Origin: an uncultured delta proteobacterium
GTDB lineage: Bacteria > Desulfobacterota > Binatia > DP-6
Direction of reading: 5' to 3'
Assembly: GCA_963815115.1 (NCBI GenBank)
Contig: CAWFFN010000008.1
Coordinates: 352,001 to 416,000 of the forward strand
Length of the DNA: 64,000 nt
The position numbers and the translations under genes were made by a program. The notes beneath the pieces were generated by a model. The model worked only from the letters and a program-made list of their open reading frames with translations, had not been told where the DNA came from and did not search any database. This document shows, one piece after another, positions 19,485 through 29,359 of this stretch. Position 1 is the stretch's first letter; every line of letters begins with the position of its first letter.

Positions 19485-20444
19485 ATGGCGGCGAGCGAGC
19501 GAACTCGACGAAGGCGCGAATGGACAAGCCGCCTGATCCTGCTCCTTGCCGGCACCATGACGGGGTTCCTCTTGCTCGAGGGCGCGCTATCCGCCGCTGC
19601 GCTCATCGTCCGCGTGACGGGACGAGCCTCCCCGGTGAGGTTCACGACCGAAAACCTGCGGGTCCTCAGCACGGGCGATTCGAACACATACGGCCTCTGG
19701 GTCTCTGACCAGAAAGCCTACCCCGCCGCGTTCCAGCGCCTGTGGAACGCGCGCCACCCGGACCGGCCGGTCGAGGTCGTGAACGTCGGCTTCCCCGCCA
19801 ACAACTCGTCGGGCCTGCGTAACGTGCTGCCACGCTTCCTCGAGATCGCCAAGCCCAGCGTCGTGACCATCATGATCGGGGGCAACGACTTCTGGACGGA
19901 ATCGCATGCGGTGGTCCAGGATGCCGACGCGTCGGGACCGGACGCGGGGGCGAGCTGGCTCTGGCGCCATTGTCGGGTCTACCGGTTGCTCTTCATGCTC
20001 CGACGCTCCCCGGAGGCGACGCTGGAGGATACTCGCCCGGCGGACGGGTTTTTCCACTTCCGGACGTCCGAGGGTCCCGTCCAGATCGGCGAGGTGGAGG
20101 CAAAGCGCACGACGCCGATTGGCATCCCGCAGCTGGCGGATGACGCCCGGACGAATCTTCTTGCCATCGCCGAGATCGCCCGCCGTCACCACGCCGAACC
20201 CGTCTTCCTCACCTACCCGGCCGACATCAATGTGTACGGGATGGCGAATCGATGGATGCGGGACGCCGCCGCGGCGAGCGGGGCTCGGCTCATCGACCTA
20301 GGCGCGGCGTTCGGACCGCGGTGCTCCGAGAACACCTGCACCGATCTGCTGTTCCCCGACGGGCATCCCACTGCGCGCGGCCACGAGTTCGCCGCCGAGA
20401 CCATGGCCGAGCACTGGGACGAGCCGTCGCCCGTGACGCAGTAG
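19485..20444 (+). CDS. SGNH/GDSL hydrolase, membrane-anchored
   Basis: GDSNTYG, VVNVG, GGND, DGHPT. Confidence 0.9.
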   Translation: MAASERTRRRREWTSRLILLLAGTMTGFLLLEGALSAAALIVRVTGRASPVRFTTENLRVLSTGDSNTYGLWVSDQKAYPAAFQRLWNARHPDRPVEVVNVGFPANNSSGLRNVLPRFLEIAKPSVVTIMIGGNDFWTESHAVVQDADASGPDAGASWLWRHCRVYRLLFMLRRSPEATLEDTRPADGFFHFRTSEGPVQIGEVEAKRTTPIGIPQLADDARTNLLAIAEIARRHHAEPVFLTYPADINVYGMANRWMRDAAAASGARLIDLGAAFGPRCSENTCTDLLFPDGHPTARGHEFAAETMAEHWDEPSPVTQ

Positions 20445-20764
20445 GCTCCCGAGCTCGCGCGTCACGGGCCATGAGGTTCGAACCGATCACCCGCCGGCAT
20501 ACTCGAAGCTGGTCCCGTCTGGCGCGGCGCTAGCCGGCGAGCGCCAGCGCGAACGCGCTTCACGGCCACCCTCATAGAGCAGGTGCAGAGGATACGAGTG
20601 CGAATGGTGACAACGAGCCGGGCGACCTCGACATCGCTGGGCGCCCAGGCGGGATGGACCCCCGAGACTGCCGCGGAGGCGCACGCGTGAGCGCGGTTTG
20701 CAAGCAGATTGCAAGCGGCCGGCTACCAAGCTGGCAACCGGCCGCCCAACTGCCTGATCCGCCT

Positions 20765-20811
20765 GATGGGCCGCGCAGGGATCGAACCTGCGACCCGCTG
20801 ATTAAGAGTCA
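20765..20811 (-). repeat. att copy 1: 47-bp duplicate of the tRNA-Lys 3' half
   Basis: Identical to 41053-41099 (GATGGGCCGCGCAGGGATCGAACCTGCGACCCGCTGATTAAGAGTCA). Confidence 0.95.
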
Positions 20812-21207
20812 CGCCGCATGGTCACTCACGGACGCTACTGGACGCTAACTGCCCGTCGAATCTCACTTCGACCAGGTGGCGAGTGACCAGTGGCGTCCGC
20901 CACGTCCCACCAGGTTGTGACCAACCTGTGACCACGGCCCTTAAGGATGCGGGCATAAGAGCGGCGGCGCGTCGCGAGCTGGCCACTATCTCCCCATATT
21001 GACGCTTCCAGCGGCATGGACTTTCGCCTCGTATGGCAATGCGACCACCATTCTGTCGGCGTGGCATTGTGCCCCGTGCTGGCAACGCTGCGGGGATTCG
21101 CCACGACCACCTGGTGGGCATCATTGACAGCCAGACCAATCGCGACAGAAAGGTCTTGCCAGATCGTCCCCAGAACGGCTATGGATATCCCCATGAGCGA
21201 AACACGC

Positions 21208-22802
21208 ATGACGGTGTCGAAGGCCATCGCGAGGCTGATGGTCGGAACGGGCGCCTTGCTGCTCGTGATGGGCGCCTTCGCGGGCGTCAAGCCGACCCCC
21301 GATCAGAAGTGCGAGGCGGCAAAGCTCAAGCTGGTGGGAAAGAAGGCGGGGTGCGAACTCGGGATCGCGGCGAACCCCAAGAAGGGGAACGACTTCAGCA
21401 AATGCACGACCAGCTATGCCACCGCGTTCCCGAAGGTGAAGGGGACCTGCAGCGGGGACCAGACGGGGCTGGAGACGCAGGTCGACGCCTTCCGGACCGA
21501 GATCGCAGCCGCCCTGACGCCGAACACCAGCAAGTGCCAAGCCGGGAAGATCAAGGCGGCCGGGAAGATGCAGACGTGTGAGCTGCTCGCGGCCGCGAAG
21601 GCCGTGCTGCTGGCGGGGACGGCAGACTTCACGAAGTGCAAGGCCACCTTCGCAACGGCGTGCATGAAGCTGGAGGCGGCCAAGAAGGAAGATTGCACGA
21701 CCACGGGCGATGCGGCGGCGATCGAGGCCAATGTGGACGCGTTCACGGGTGCCGTTCTCGCGGCCATCACCACGACCACGACCGCACTTCCAATTGCCTC
21801 GGGAGCAGCGGGTGACGGTGCCATATCCGCTGCGGGTCAAATCGACAGCTGGACGTTTACGGCCACTGCGGGTGGCAATATCGTCGTGAGTCTCGCCAAG
21901 CTGACCGGTGATAACACCTTTTTTCCGCAGATGGTGCTCTACGGTCCGGACGGCGCACAGCTCGCTGGGTCGCAGACCGAAATCGCCAGGAAGGCGGCCA
22001 GCAGCGGCACCTTCACCGTGCGGGTCAGCGCCGCCATCTACGGCAACGGTGTCTCGGGCACCGGTACGTATCGATTGTATCTTGCCACGGTGCCGGGCGC
22101 CTTTGTGGTACCCGACGGCGACGACGGCGGGCCGCTGACCAATGGCGGAAACCATGATGGGACGCTCCCCTTGGGGGATCTGGACCTGTGGCGTTTCGCA
22201 GCCAATGCAGGTGACAGCATCATCGTGGGCATCGGCACGCTGACCGATGATGGCAACGGGTTTGGGCCGCGGATCCGGCTCTACGGTCCGGACGGCGCAC
22301 TGCTCCCCCAGGGCGCGTCTGGGACCGAAGTCGCCGTGAAGGCGGCCAGCAGCGGCACCTTCACCGTGCTGGTCAGCGCCGCCATCGTCGGCAACGGTAA
22401 CCGAGGCACCGGCACGTATCGGTTGTATTTTGCGAAGGTGCCTGGGGCCTTTGTGGTACCCAGCGGCGACGACGGCGGAATATTGGTTCCGGCCGGACAG
22501 TACGACGGCACGATAGATCTGGGGATCTGGACCTGTGGAGTTTCGCGGCCAATGCAGGAGACAACATCGGCGTGCGCATCGACACGCCGACCGATTTCAC
22601 TGTCAACGGGTTTGATCCGTGGATCCGGCTCTACGGTCCGGACGGCGCACTGCTCGCCCAGCAATACGGTTCGCCGGTCGCCGAAGTCGCCAAGAAGGCG
22701 CCCAGCAGCGGCACCTTCACCGTCGTGATCAGCGACGGCCTCGAGGCTGGGATCGTGGGTACCGGCACGTATCGCCTGACGATATCCGGGATCTCCCCGT
22801 GA
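21208..22802 (+). CDS. Secreted protein: Cys-helical module plus three PPC-like beta repeats; frameshift near 22521
   Basis: KCEAAKLKLVGKK and KCQAGKIKAAGK repeats, TTTTT linker, three LYGPDG...SSGTFTV...GTGTYRL repeats; one extra G in GGGG would join ORFs 21016-22728 and 22572-22802. Confidence 0.78.
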
Positions 22803-23020
22803 GGCCCGCTTCCCGTCGTGACGGCAGTGGCTTCTCATCTTCTGCGCTGCGTCGTTACGGAAGGCGGCGGCCTCGTGCGACGGGCGAGGCGCCAGGCTGC
22901 TACTAGGGTCGCGGCCTTTCGCCTCCGCTGATTCCTGATCAGCGCGGACCCGAGAAGTCCATGCCGGTGCTGGGCTTTTCGCGCTGGTCACAGCAGCGGT
23001 CACAGGGCGATCCCTGTACG

Positions 23021-23373
23021 ATGGCGCGCATGGAGCCCGCGGCTGCAGTCGAGAACCCGCCCGCTGGTCCGAGGGTGCGCCGTCGTCGTGGCTATCGTCG
23101 GAGCGGGTTCTACGCCCTCAAGACCACCCTGCGGCAGCTCGGCCCACGGGTGATCGATAAGTGCACCAGCATCGGCAAGGCGCTGGCACAGTGGCGGGCC
23201 GACTGCGGAAGCAACTCCGTCTGACCCAAGCGGAGTTCTGGCGAGCAGTGCGGCGTCGCCCGCGTCACCGTGACGCGCTGGGAAGCGGCACGCTGACCGT
23301 CGGGACGACCGCCGCCATCCTGATCCGCTTCCTGGCCCAGGAGCGGCGCCGCGCGCGCCAGAAAGGCAGGTGA
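23021..23373 (+). pseudogene. Truncated island gene joined to a degenerate Cro/C1-type HTH
   Basis: ...RVIDKCTSIGKALAQWRAD stops abruptly; LRKQLRLTQAEF / GVARVTVTRWE is recoverable across frames. Confidence 0.5.
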
Positions 23374-23377
23374 CCCC

Positions 23378-24523
23378 GTGAACCGGATCGTACCCTGTGA
23401 GAAGAACGGCCGACCGCAGTACCGCGTCGACTTCATCGGCGCCGACGGGCGGCGGCACCAGAAGTTCCGCCCTACGGAAGAGGAGGCCGAGGATCTACTC
23501 GCCCAAGAGACCATCGCCTCGCGCCAGCCGACGACCTCCGACCTCCCCGCCAGCACCACCCTCGCGCAGTACGCCGAACGCTGGGAGCGCCAGGTGGCTG
23601 CGCACCTGAAGCCCCGCACGCTCGCGAGCTACGGCGACACCTTGCGGCTGCACGTGCTGCCGGCGTTCGGCGCGACCCGCGTGCGCGATCTGCAGCGCGG
23701 GCGCATCAAGCAGTTCCTCGCCGAGAAGCTCAGGACACACTCCGCCAACTCCGTGCGGATCATGCACGCCAGGCTCAGGGTGCTCTTAAACGCCGCCGTT
23801 GACGACGGCCTGATCGTCGCCAACCCGAGCGACAAGCTCGGCCGGAGCATGAAGCTCGTCGTGCGGACGAAGGTGCGGCAGGAAACCATCAAGGCCTTCG
23901 ACCGCGCCCAGCGCGACGCCTTCCTGGCTACCGCGTACCGCATCGAGGCGTGGTGGGCGCCGATGCGGGAGGTCCAGGTACTCTCCGGCCTCCGCCCGGG
24001 CGAGGTCTACGCCCTGGAGGACGCCGACCTCGACCTCGACGCCGCCACGGCCCGTATCGGTCGCACCCTGGCGGACGACGGGCAGAGCGTCGACTCGCCG
24101 AAGGGCAACCGGGGTCGCACGATCGACCTCTCAAGCCGCGCGGTCGCGGTGCTCCGCGCCCATGCCGTGCACGTGCATCGGAAGGCGGAGAAGCTCCGGC
24201 GGAAGTGGCCCGAGCTGCCCGTGCCGTTCTTCTGCTCGACCACCGGGACCTACCCCGATCCCAGGAACGTCCGAGACGCCTTCGCCCCCGTGGTTAAGGC
24301 CGCCACGCTGCCGCACGTCACCCCGCACGGCCTGCGGCACACGTTCGCGTCCCTCCTGCTGCAGGCCGGTACGGACGTGTACTACGTCTCGCGCATGTTG
24401 GGGCATGCGTCGATCAGCGAGACCGTGGACACGTACGGGAGATGGCTGCCGGCGAACCGCAAGGGCGCCCTCGACGTGCTCGACACCCCGGCCGCCGACG
24501 ACCGGTCGGCCGGGAGTCTGTGA
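23378..24523 (+). CDS. Tyrosine integrase (element B)
   Basis: SGLRPGE, HGLRHTFAS, LGHASISETVDTY catalytic residues. Confidence 0.95.
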   Translation: MNRIVPCEKNGRPQYRVDFIGADGRRHQKFRPTEEEAEDLLAQETIASRQPTTSDLPASTTLAQYAERWERQVAAHLKPRTLASYGDTLRLHVLPAFGATRVRDLQRGRIKQFLAEKLRTHSANSVRIMHARLRVLLNAAVDDGLIVANPSDKLGRSMKLVVRTKVRQETIKAFDRAQRDAFLATAYRIEAWWAPMREVQVLSGLRPGEVYALEDADLDLDAATARIGRTLADDGQSVDSPKGNRGRTIDLSSRAVAVLRAHAVHVHRKAEKLRRKWPELPVPFFCSTTGTYPDPRNVRDAFAPVVKAATLPHVTPHGLRHTFASLLLQAGTDVYYVSRMLGHASISETVDTYGRWLPANRKGALDVLDTPAADDRSAGSL

Positions 24524-24586
24524 CCACTCTGTGACCAAAATGGCTAGGATGCCAGAACCTGGCCGCGTAACTACCCGAGTTCCAGT

Positions 24587-24629
24587 ATGGGCCGCGCAGG
24601 GATCGAACCTGCGACCCGCTGATTAAGAG
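24587..24629 (-). repeat. att copy 2: 43-bp duplicate of the tRNA-Lys 3' half
   Basis: Identical to 41054-41096, ending at anticodon loop TTAAGAG. Confidence 0.95.
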
Positions 24630-25001
24630 AGCGTGGACACCCGACACAGCAGACCACAGCCGACGCCAACGGACCGGAATTCTTCGCTTCCGGCGGTGTC
24701 GGCTGTGACTGCTGTACCCCCCTGTGTCCGCGTGGACTCGGACAATTTTCGGACAACGGCGCGCGCGCGTGCCTGCCAGCACACCGCTCATGACGTGACC
24801 AACGGTGGATCGCAGTCGCGTCCGCCGCTCGCCCGCTACCCGGCGCTGGACGGCGGAGGTGACAGCGCGCCGGGCTACTGAGGCGTCGCAGGGATAGGCG
24901 AACGTTCGTTCGCCTCCCGTACGTAAAGAACGCAGCTGACACGACCGGTTGTGAGATGGTCGACTCACGATGAGTCGAATCTGTACTGAGGAGAACTCCA
25001 G

Positions 25002-25565
25002 ATGCGCAGCGTGACCTACTCGATGGCCGTGTCGCTGGACGGCTACGTCGTCGGGCCGGACGGGTCCTTCGACTGGATGGCACCGGACGAGGAGGTCTTT
25101 AACCTAGCCACCGACGAGGTACGCAAGGTCGGAGTCCATCTGCTTGGACGACGGCTGTACGAAACCATGCTGTACTGGGAGACCGCCGACCAGAACCCGT
25201 CGCTCGACTACTCGACGCTCGAATTCGCCGCGATCTGGAGGGCGCTCCCGAAGGTTGTGTTCTCCACCACGCTGTCGGCGGTACAGGGAAACGCCCGCCT
25301 GGCGTCCGGCGGTCTAGAGGAGGAGATCGAGCGTTTGCGAGCCGAAGCGGCGGAGGGCGACATCGCGATCGGCGGCGCGACGCTCGCCACCGAGGCGGCC
25401 GCGTTGGGTCTCATCGACGAGTATCGGATCAGGGTCTTGCCGGTGCTGGTGGGCGGTGGCCGTCCCTTCTTTCCCCAACGCGAGGACCGGGTGAACCTCG
25501 AACTCATCGAGTCCCGTACCCTCAATTCGAGAGTGGTCTACCTCCGCTACCGCGTGGCCCGCTAG
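25002..25565 (+). CDS. Dihydrofolate reductase/RibD C-terminal family protein
   Basis: MAVSLDGYV, LLGRRLYE, IGGATLA, LIDEY...PVLVGGG. Confidence 0.92.
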   Translation: MRSVTYSMAVSLDGYVVGPDGSFDWMAPDEEVFNLATDEVRKVGVHLLGRRLYETMLYWETADQNPSLDYSTLEFAAIWRALPKVVFSTTLSAVQGNARLASGGLEEEIERLRAEAAEGDIAIGGATLATEAAALGLIDEYRIRVLPVLVGGGRPFFPQREDRVNLELIESRTLNSRVVYLRYRVAR

Positions 25566-25776
25566 CCGACTCGTCCCGCCGAGCACAAGAAGGGACACGC
25601 CAGCCAACGGCAAACCGATCCACAGGTCTTGACTATTGCTCGCAGCGCCCCGCTGATTAGGTATCCGTCGGGCGGTGGCAACGTGGCGCGTGACCACGGC
25701 TTTTAGAGGCCTGTCCGGGAACTGTCCGAATCGCGCAGGGCGGTCGCAGTCCATTCGGACTGCGTGGTGTAGCGCC

Positions 25777-26391
25777 TCAGCCCCGTGACGCCCGGACGCG
25801 ATAGTAGCCACCACCCGCGCTCTGGTGGGAGCAGACTGCGTTGGCGAGCTCGTCGCACAGCCGCGCGAGGGCGGCGGCGCGTGCGTGACGGTGTGCCGCT
25901 CTCGCTGCAACAAGCGCCCGGCCCACCGCACGGCGTTCGGCGAGGGGCACCGTGCGCCAGAGCAGCGTGCGGGCCGCTGCGGCGGCGGCAGTCGCTGCGC
26001 GGCGGGCCTCGGGCGTGGCATCCCGCGTCCAGCGGATGCGACGCAGCGTGGCCATGTAGGCGTGGCGCTGGGCGGCGGGCACGAAGCGCCAGCGGGCGGC
26101 GTGCTTCGATGTGCTGGGCGGTGGTGTGGCAGCGGCGAGCTGGTCTGCCGCGCGCTCCGCAGCAGCGGCGAGCGCCGCAGCCCGCGCGCGGGCCCGGTCC
26201 CAGCCGCGCTCCTCGGCGCGGCGGCGGATGAATCGGGCACGCCACGCGGCCTCGTTCAGATCGTAGGGGTCGTCCACCGCGTCGAGGGTAGCACGGAGCC
26301 GCACGACGGCATCTTCCACCACCTGGAATGGTGGTGGAGATGGATCACCGGCATCGGGCAGCAACCTCCGTTCCGTAGCAGTCGGGCGCAC
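25777..26391 (-). CDS. Hypothetical helical protein
   Basis: Ala/Arg-rich ORF following the GIY-YIG-like gene on the same strand; no motif recognised. Confidence 0.4.
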   Translation of the reverse strand: MRPTATERRLLPDAGDPSPPPFQVVEDAVVRLRATLDAVDDPYDLNEAAWRARFIRRRAEERGWDRARARAAALAAAAERAADQLAAATPPPSTSKHAARWRFVPAAQRHAYMATLRRIRWTRDATPEARRAATAAAAAARTLLWRTVPLAERRAVGRALVAARAAHRHARAAALARLCDELANAVCSHQSAGGGYYRVRASRG

Positions 26392-26743
26392 CGCAGTCGC
26401 ATCGTGCCCTAGAACCGTTAGGATGCCCTGCCAATATGGAGAACGGAGTCGACGAGCGGCCGAACCGGTTCGTCGAAGGCTGGTGGATGTTCACCAACTC
26501 CATCTCGCGGAGTCTTGCGCGCGCAGGGCAATGATAGCGCTCAAGTATCTCCACCTCGATCTGTGTGATGCCGTCATGTGCATCGACGAACTGCTGCCAA
26601 GGCGCACTACGTCTGGTCAACGTTCGCGCGCGCCGCTCCGACCCGGATCCGATGTGGAAGAACGCGGCTTCACCCCGCATCCGGTGCCCGTACACCACCT
26701 CGTCCCCCTGGGTCTCATGCTTCGTTGATCGGACCTCAGCCAA
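26345..26743 (-). CDS. GIY-YIG-like nuclease with C-terminal CxCGAxxCxG
   Basis: VVYGH...FFHIGSG..RRA...VEIL...ARLREMELVNIHQPSTN. Confidence 0.55.
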   Translation of the reverse strand: MAEVRSTKHETQGDEVVYGHRMRGEAAFFHIGSGSERRARTLTRRSAPWQQFVDAHDGITQIEVEILERYHCPARARLREMELVNIHQPSTNRFGRSSTPFSILAGHPNGSRARCDCGAPDCYGTEVAARCR

Positions 26744-27630
26744 CGTTACGTCTCCCGCCGGTCCGCCACTCGTCGATGTGCGGTCCTACTGGCGCGACCC
26801 GAGCGCGCTCGCAAGATCGCCAGCCGCTTCCAGCTCGTCGAGGAGGCGCGCGACGTCCGGCTCTGGCCAACGGAGCAGCGCCGCGACCAGCGCCGCGTCC
26901 GCGTCGCAGTCTTCGGGCAACACGCGAGCGCCGCCAGGACGGCGTCGTGGGCAGGCGTGTTCGTGTCGGCGCGCTGCATGGCCGCAGAGTAGCACCTTCG
27001 TTCCGGCAGACGACGTTCATCGCAGGCCACCCACACTCAAAGATCACCGGTAAGCGGACTGCCAGCTTCACGGGTTGGTCACCCGAAGACAGCGACGTGA
27101 CGGGCCACCCCGACAGGGAGGACGATTCACCCAGGCCCCTGACTGTCCCCCGGAATGCAGGACGGACGGATTTTCTCGAAAAGGTAGCCCCCTGGCTGGC
27201 TGTGCCCAAATTGACAGCAGGCGAGCGGCGAACCAACGAACGTCGCGCCAAGTATTTTCGCCTCGCGGGTCCGGCCCTCAAGCCGCTCGCGCCTCCGGGA
27301 CGCCGGAGGCCATGCCTGGCATGCATGGATCGCCGCGAGAATTGCGTCCGGAGCTGTAGGGCGGGGCACACGCCGGGACACATCCGGAAACCCAGCCCGA
27401 GCTTCCCGTTTTCCAGTTACCCCTGTTCCGCAGACAGACGGTCATCGCGCGGGCGTTCGCCTCAGGGTCCCCGAAGTGGGGTGGTCGGGCGAGTGGCAGT
27501 GGCGGGCGAGTGGAGGTGAGCTACAAGGGGGCAGGATGGATTGCCAGATCACTCCCAATTGCACTATGAAGCACCAGGAGCTGGCGTCGGCCCCATGACG
27601 CGCCATGACGCCACCCTAGGGAGGTTATTG

Positions 27631-28610
27631 ATGGGTCCTGTGTCTCCTGGCCTAAGCAGGCTTCTGTTGGCCGCGATCGGACTCACCCTCATCGCGCTTG
27701 GTCCCTCGGAAGCGGCACTTTGCAAGAGGCGAAACGGGGAGCTGATCGTTCACCCCACGTGCGGCGGCAAACTTCTTCCGGCAACCGCTGCCGACCTCGG
27801 CCAGCTGGGCATCGGACCGAAGGGAGACAAGGGCGACGAGGGAATCCAGGGACCGAAGGGCGACAAGGGCGACCAGGGATCCAAGGGCCGAAGGGCGAGC
27901 AGGGGATCCAGGGGGCTAAGGGGGACCAGGGAATCCAGGGGGCCAAGGGGGACCAAGGAGTCCAGGGAGAGAAGGGGGACAAGGGCGACCAGGGACTCCG
28001 CGGACTCCAAGGAATCCAAGGAATCCCAGGCTTCCCGGGAAGCCCAGGGCAAAAGGGGGACAAGGGCGACCCGGGTCCGCCCGGGGTGACCACGCGGGTC
28101 GTAAAGGACTCGCGCGGGGTCACGGTGGGGAAAGTGATTGACCGAACAGAGCTTGGCGTGGCCTCGTTACCGTCGGGAATCTATTTCTTCCGCTCCGTCG
28201 GCCAAATCCACGTCCTCATGTTTTTGCCCGATCCGTTTTCAATTCAGGGCGTCTGCACGCTCTCGCCTTGCGACGTGGTAGCGCTGGACCAAAATAGTAC
28301 CTGTGATGCTTCGGGGCTGCACCCGTCCCTTCTCGTTCCCGTAGATAGCAACATTCAAGCCCTGTTCAGCCCACCCGACTTCTACGTCAGCAGTGTTGTT
28401 GTAGACAGTGAGTTCTTCGGTCCAAACACGCTGCTCTACCCGAGCGATCTGGGCGGGCAGCATGCGATTGCTTCATATTTTACTTACTCCGACCACAGTT
28501 GCCATTCGGGGCCGTTGCCTTACGAGGCTGCTACCTCTGCTGTGCAGTTTCTTGATATGAATGCTTTCACACCGCCGTTTGAGGTGGTTGACGTAGTGCA
28601 GACACCTTAG
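27631..28610 (+). CDS. Secreted collagen-like protein; frameshift near 27878
   Basis: Signal peptide, Gly-X-Y run (GPKGDKGDQGIQ)n, lower-GC C-terminal domain; one added G joins the two ORFs. Confidence 0.8.
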
Positions 28611-28902
28611 CGAGGTTGCTCCTCACACGGTTCAGATGGCCTGGGACGAGGTCGTGGGCGGGCTGACCGGGTTCGGGTGAACCCGGAACTTGGTGCAACC
28701 ACCCAGATGCGCCGCTCGTCAGCGAGCCCGCGGCCTCAAGGCCTAGCAAGAGCAGGAGGCCTCGGGACTTGCCCCTGCTGGGACAAGCCGTCACGTCGAA
28801 TCGCATTCGGTCGCACGATCCGTTCAGGTCGGCTCGGTCGGTGTGTACCGGCTGTTGTACCGGTAACGTCACCATCCCGGAGAAGACCCAAGCGGCTCCG
28901 GT

Positions 28903-29310
28903 GTGGCAGGAGGCGCTTCGACGTCGGGTTTCACAGAAGGTGCTCGGGTGAATGCCACCGTGAATCGATACGAACGCGATCCCCGCGCGCGAACCGAGTG
29001 CATCAATGCACACGGGGCGCGGTGCTGGGTCTGTGGCTTCGACTTCGAGGCAACGTATGGTGCCGTGGGAGCGGGTTTCGTCCTCGTCCACCACCTGGTG
29101 CCGGTGGCGAGACGGGCGGCGGCGGGACCGTATCAACTCGATCCCGTGGCGGATCTGGTCCCGCTATGCGGCAACTGTCATCCGATGATGCATCGGCGTG
29201 CGGATCGGCTCGGTGAGATGGGAGGCTGTCTGACTCCAGACATCCGCCAGCGCCTCGCGCGCTTGAGAGAATTGGCTGCTCTCGACTCGTGGGAGGCGAT
29301 CCGCGATTAG
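28903..29310 (+). CDS. HNH endonuclease (McrA-like domain), possibly N-terminally truncated
   Basis: EGA...NRYERDP, CWVCGFDF..YG, VHHLVP, DLVPLCGNCH. Confidence 0.82.
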   Translation: MAGGASTSGFTEGARVNATVNRYERDPRARTECINAHGARCWVCGFDFEATYGAVGAGFVLVHHLVPVARRAAAGPYQLDPVADLVPLCGNCHPMMHRRADRLGEMGGCLTPDIRQRLARLRELAALDSWEAIRD

Positions 29311-29359
29311 CCGACGCAGCGGTTTGCCCCTGCAGTGACCCGAAGGGCTCGCGTCAATC

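Larger units (their letters stand above)
20765..24629. mobile_element. Small integrative element B at tRNA-Lys (about 3.8 kb)
   Basis: Bounded by att copies; integrase at the tRNA-proximal end; TGTGACCA doublets at 20916-20934 and 24519-24537. Confidence 0.9.

Noticed and set aside
20765-24629. Extra tRNA-Lys genes at 20765 and 24587
   Set aside because: Only the 3' half is present; these are att duplications
27000-27600. Possible ncRNA or small genes upstream of the collagen gene
   Set aside because: No convincing ORF, known motif or extended stem recognised by eye
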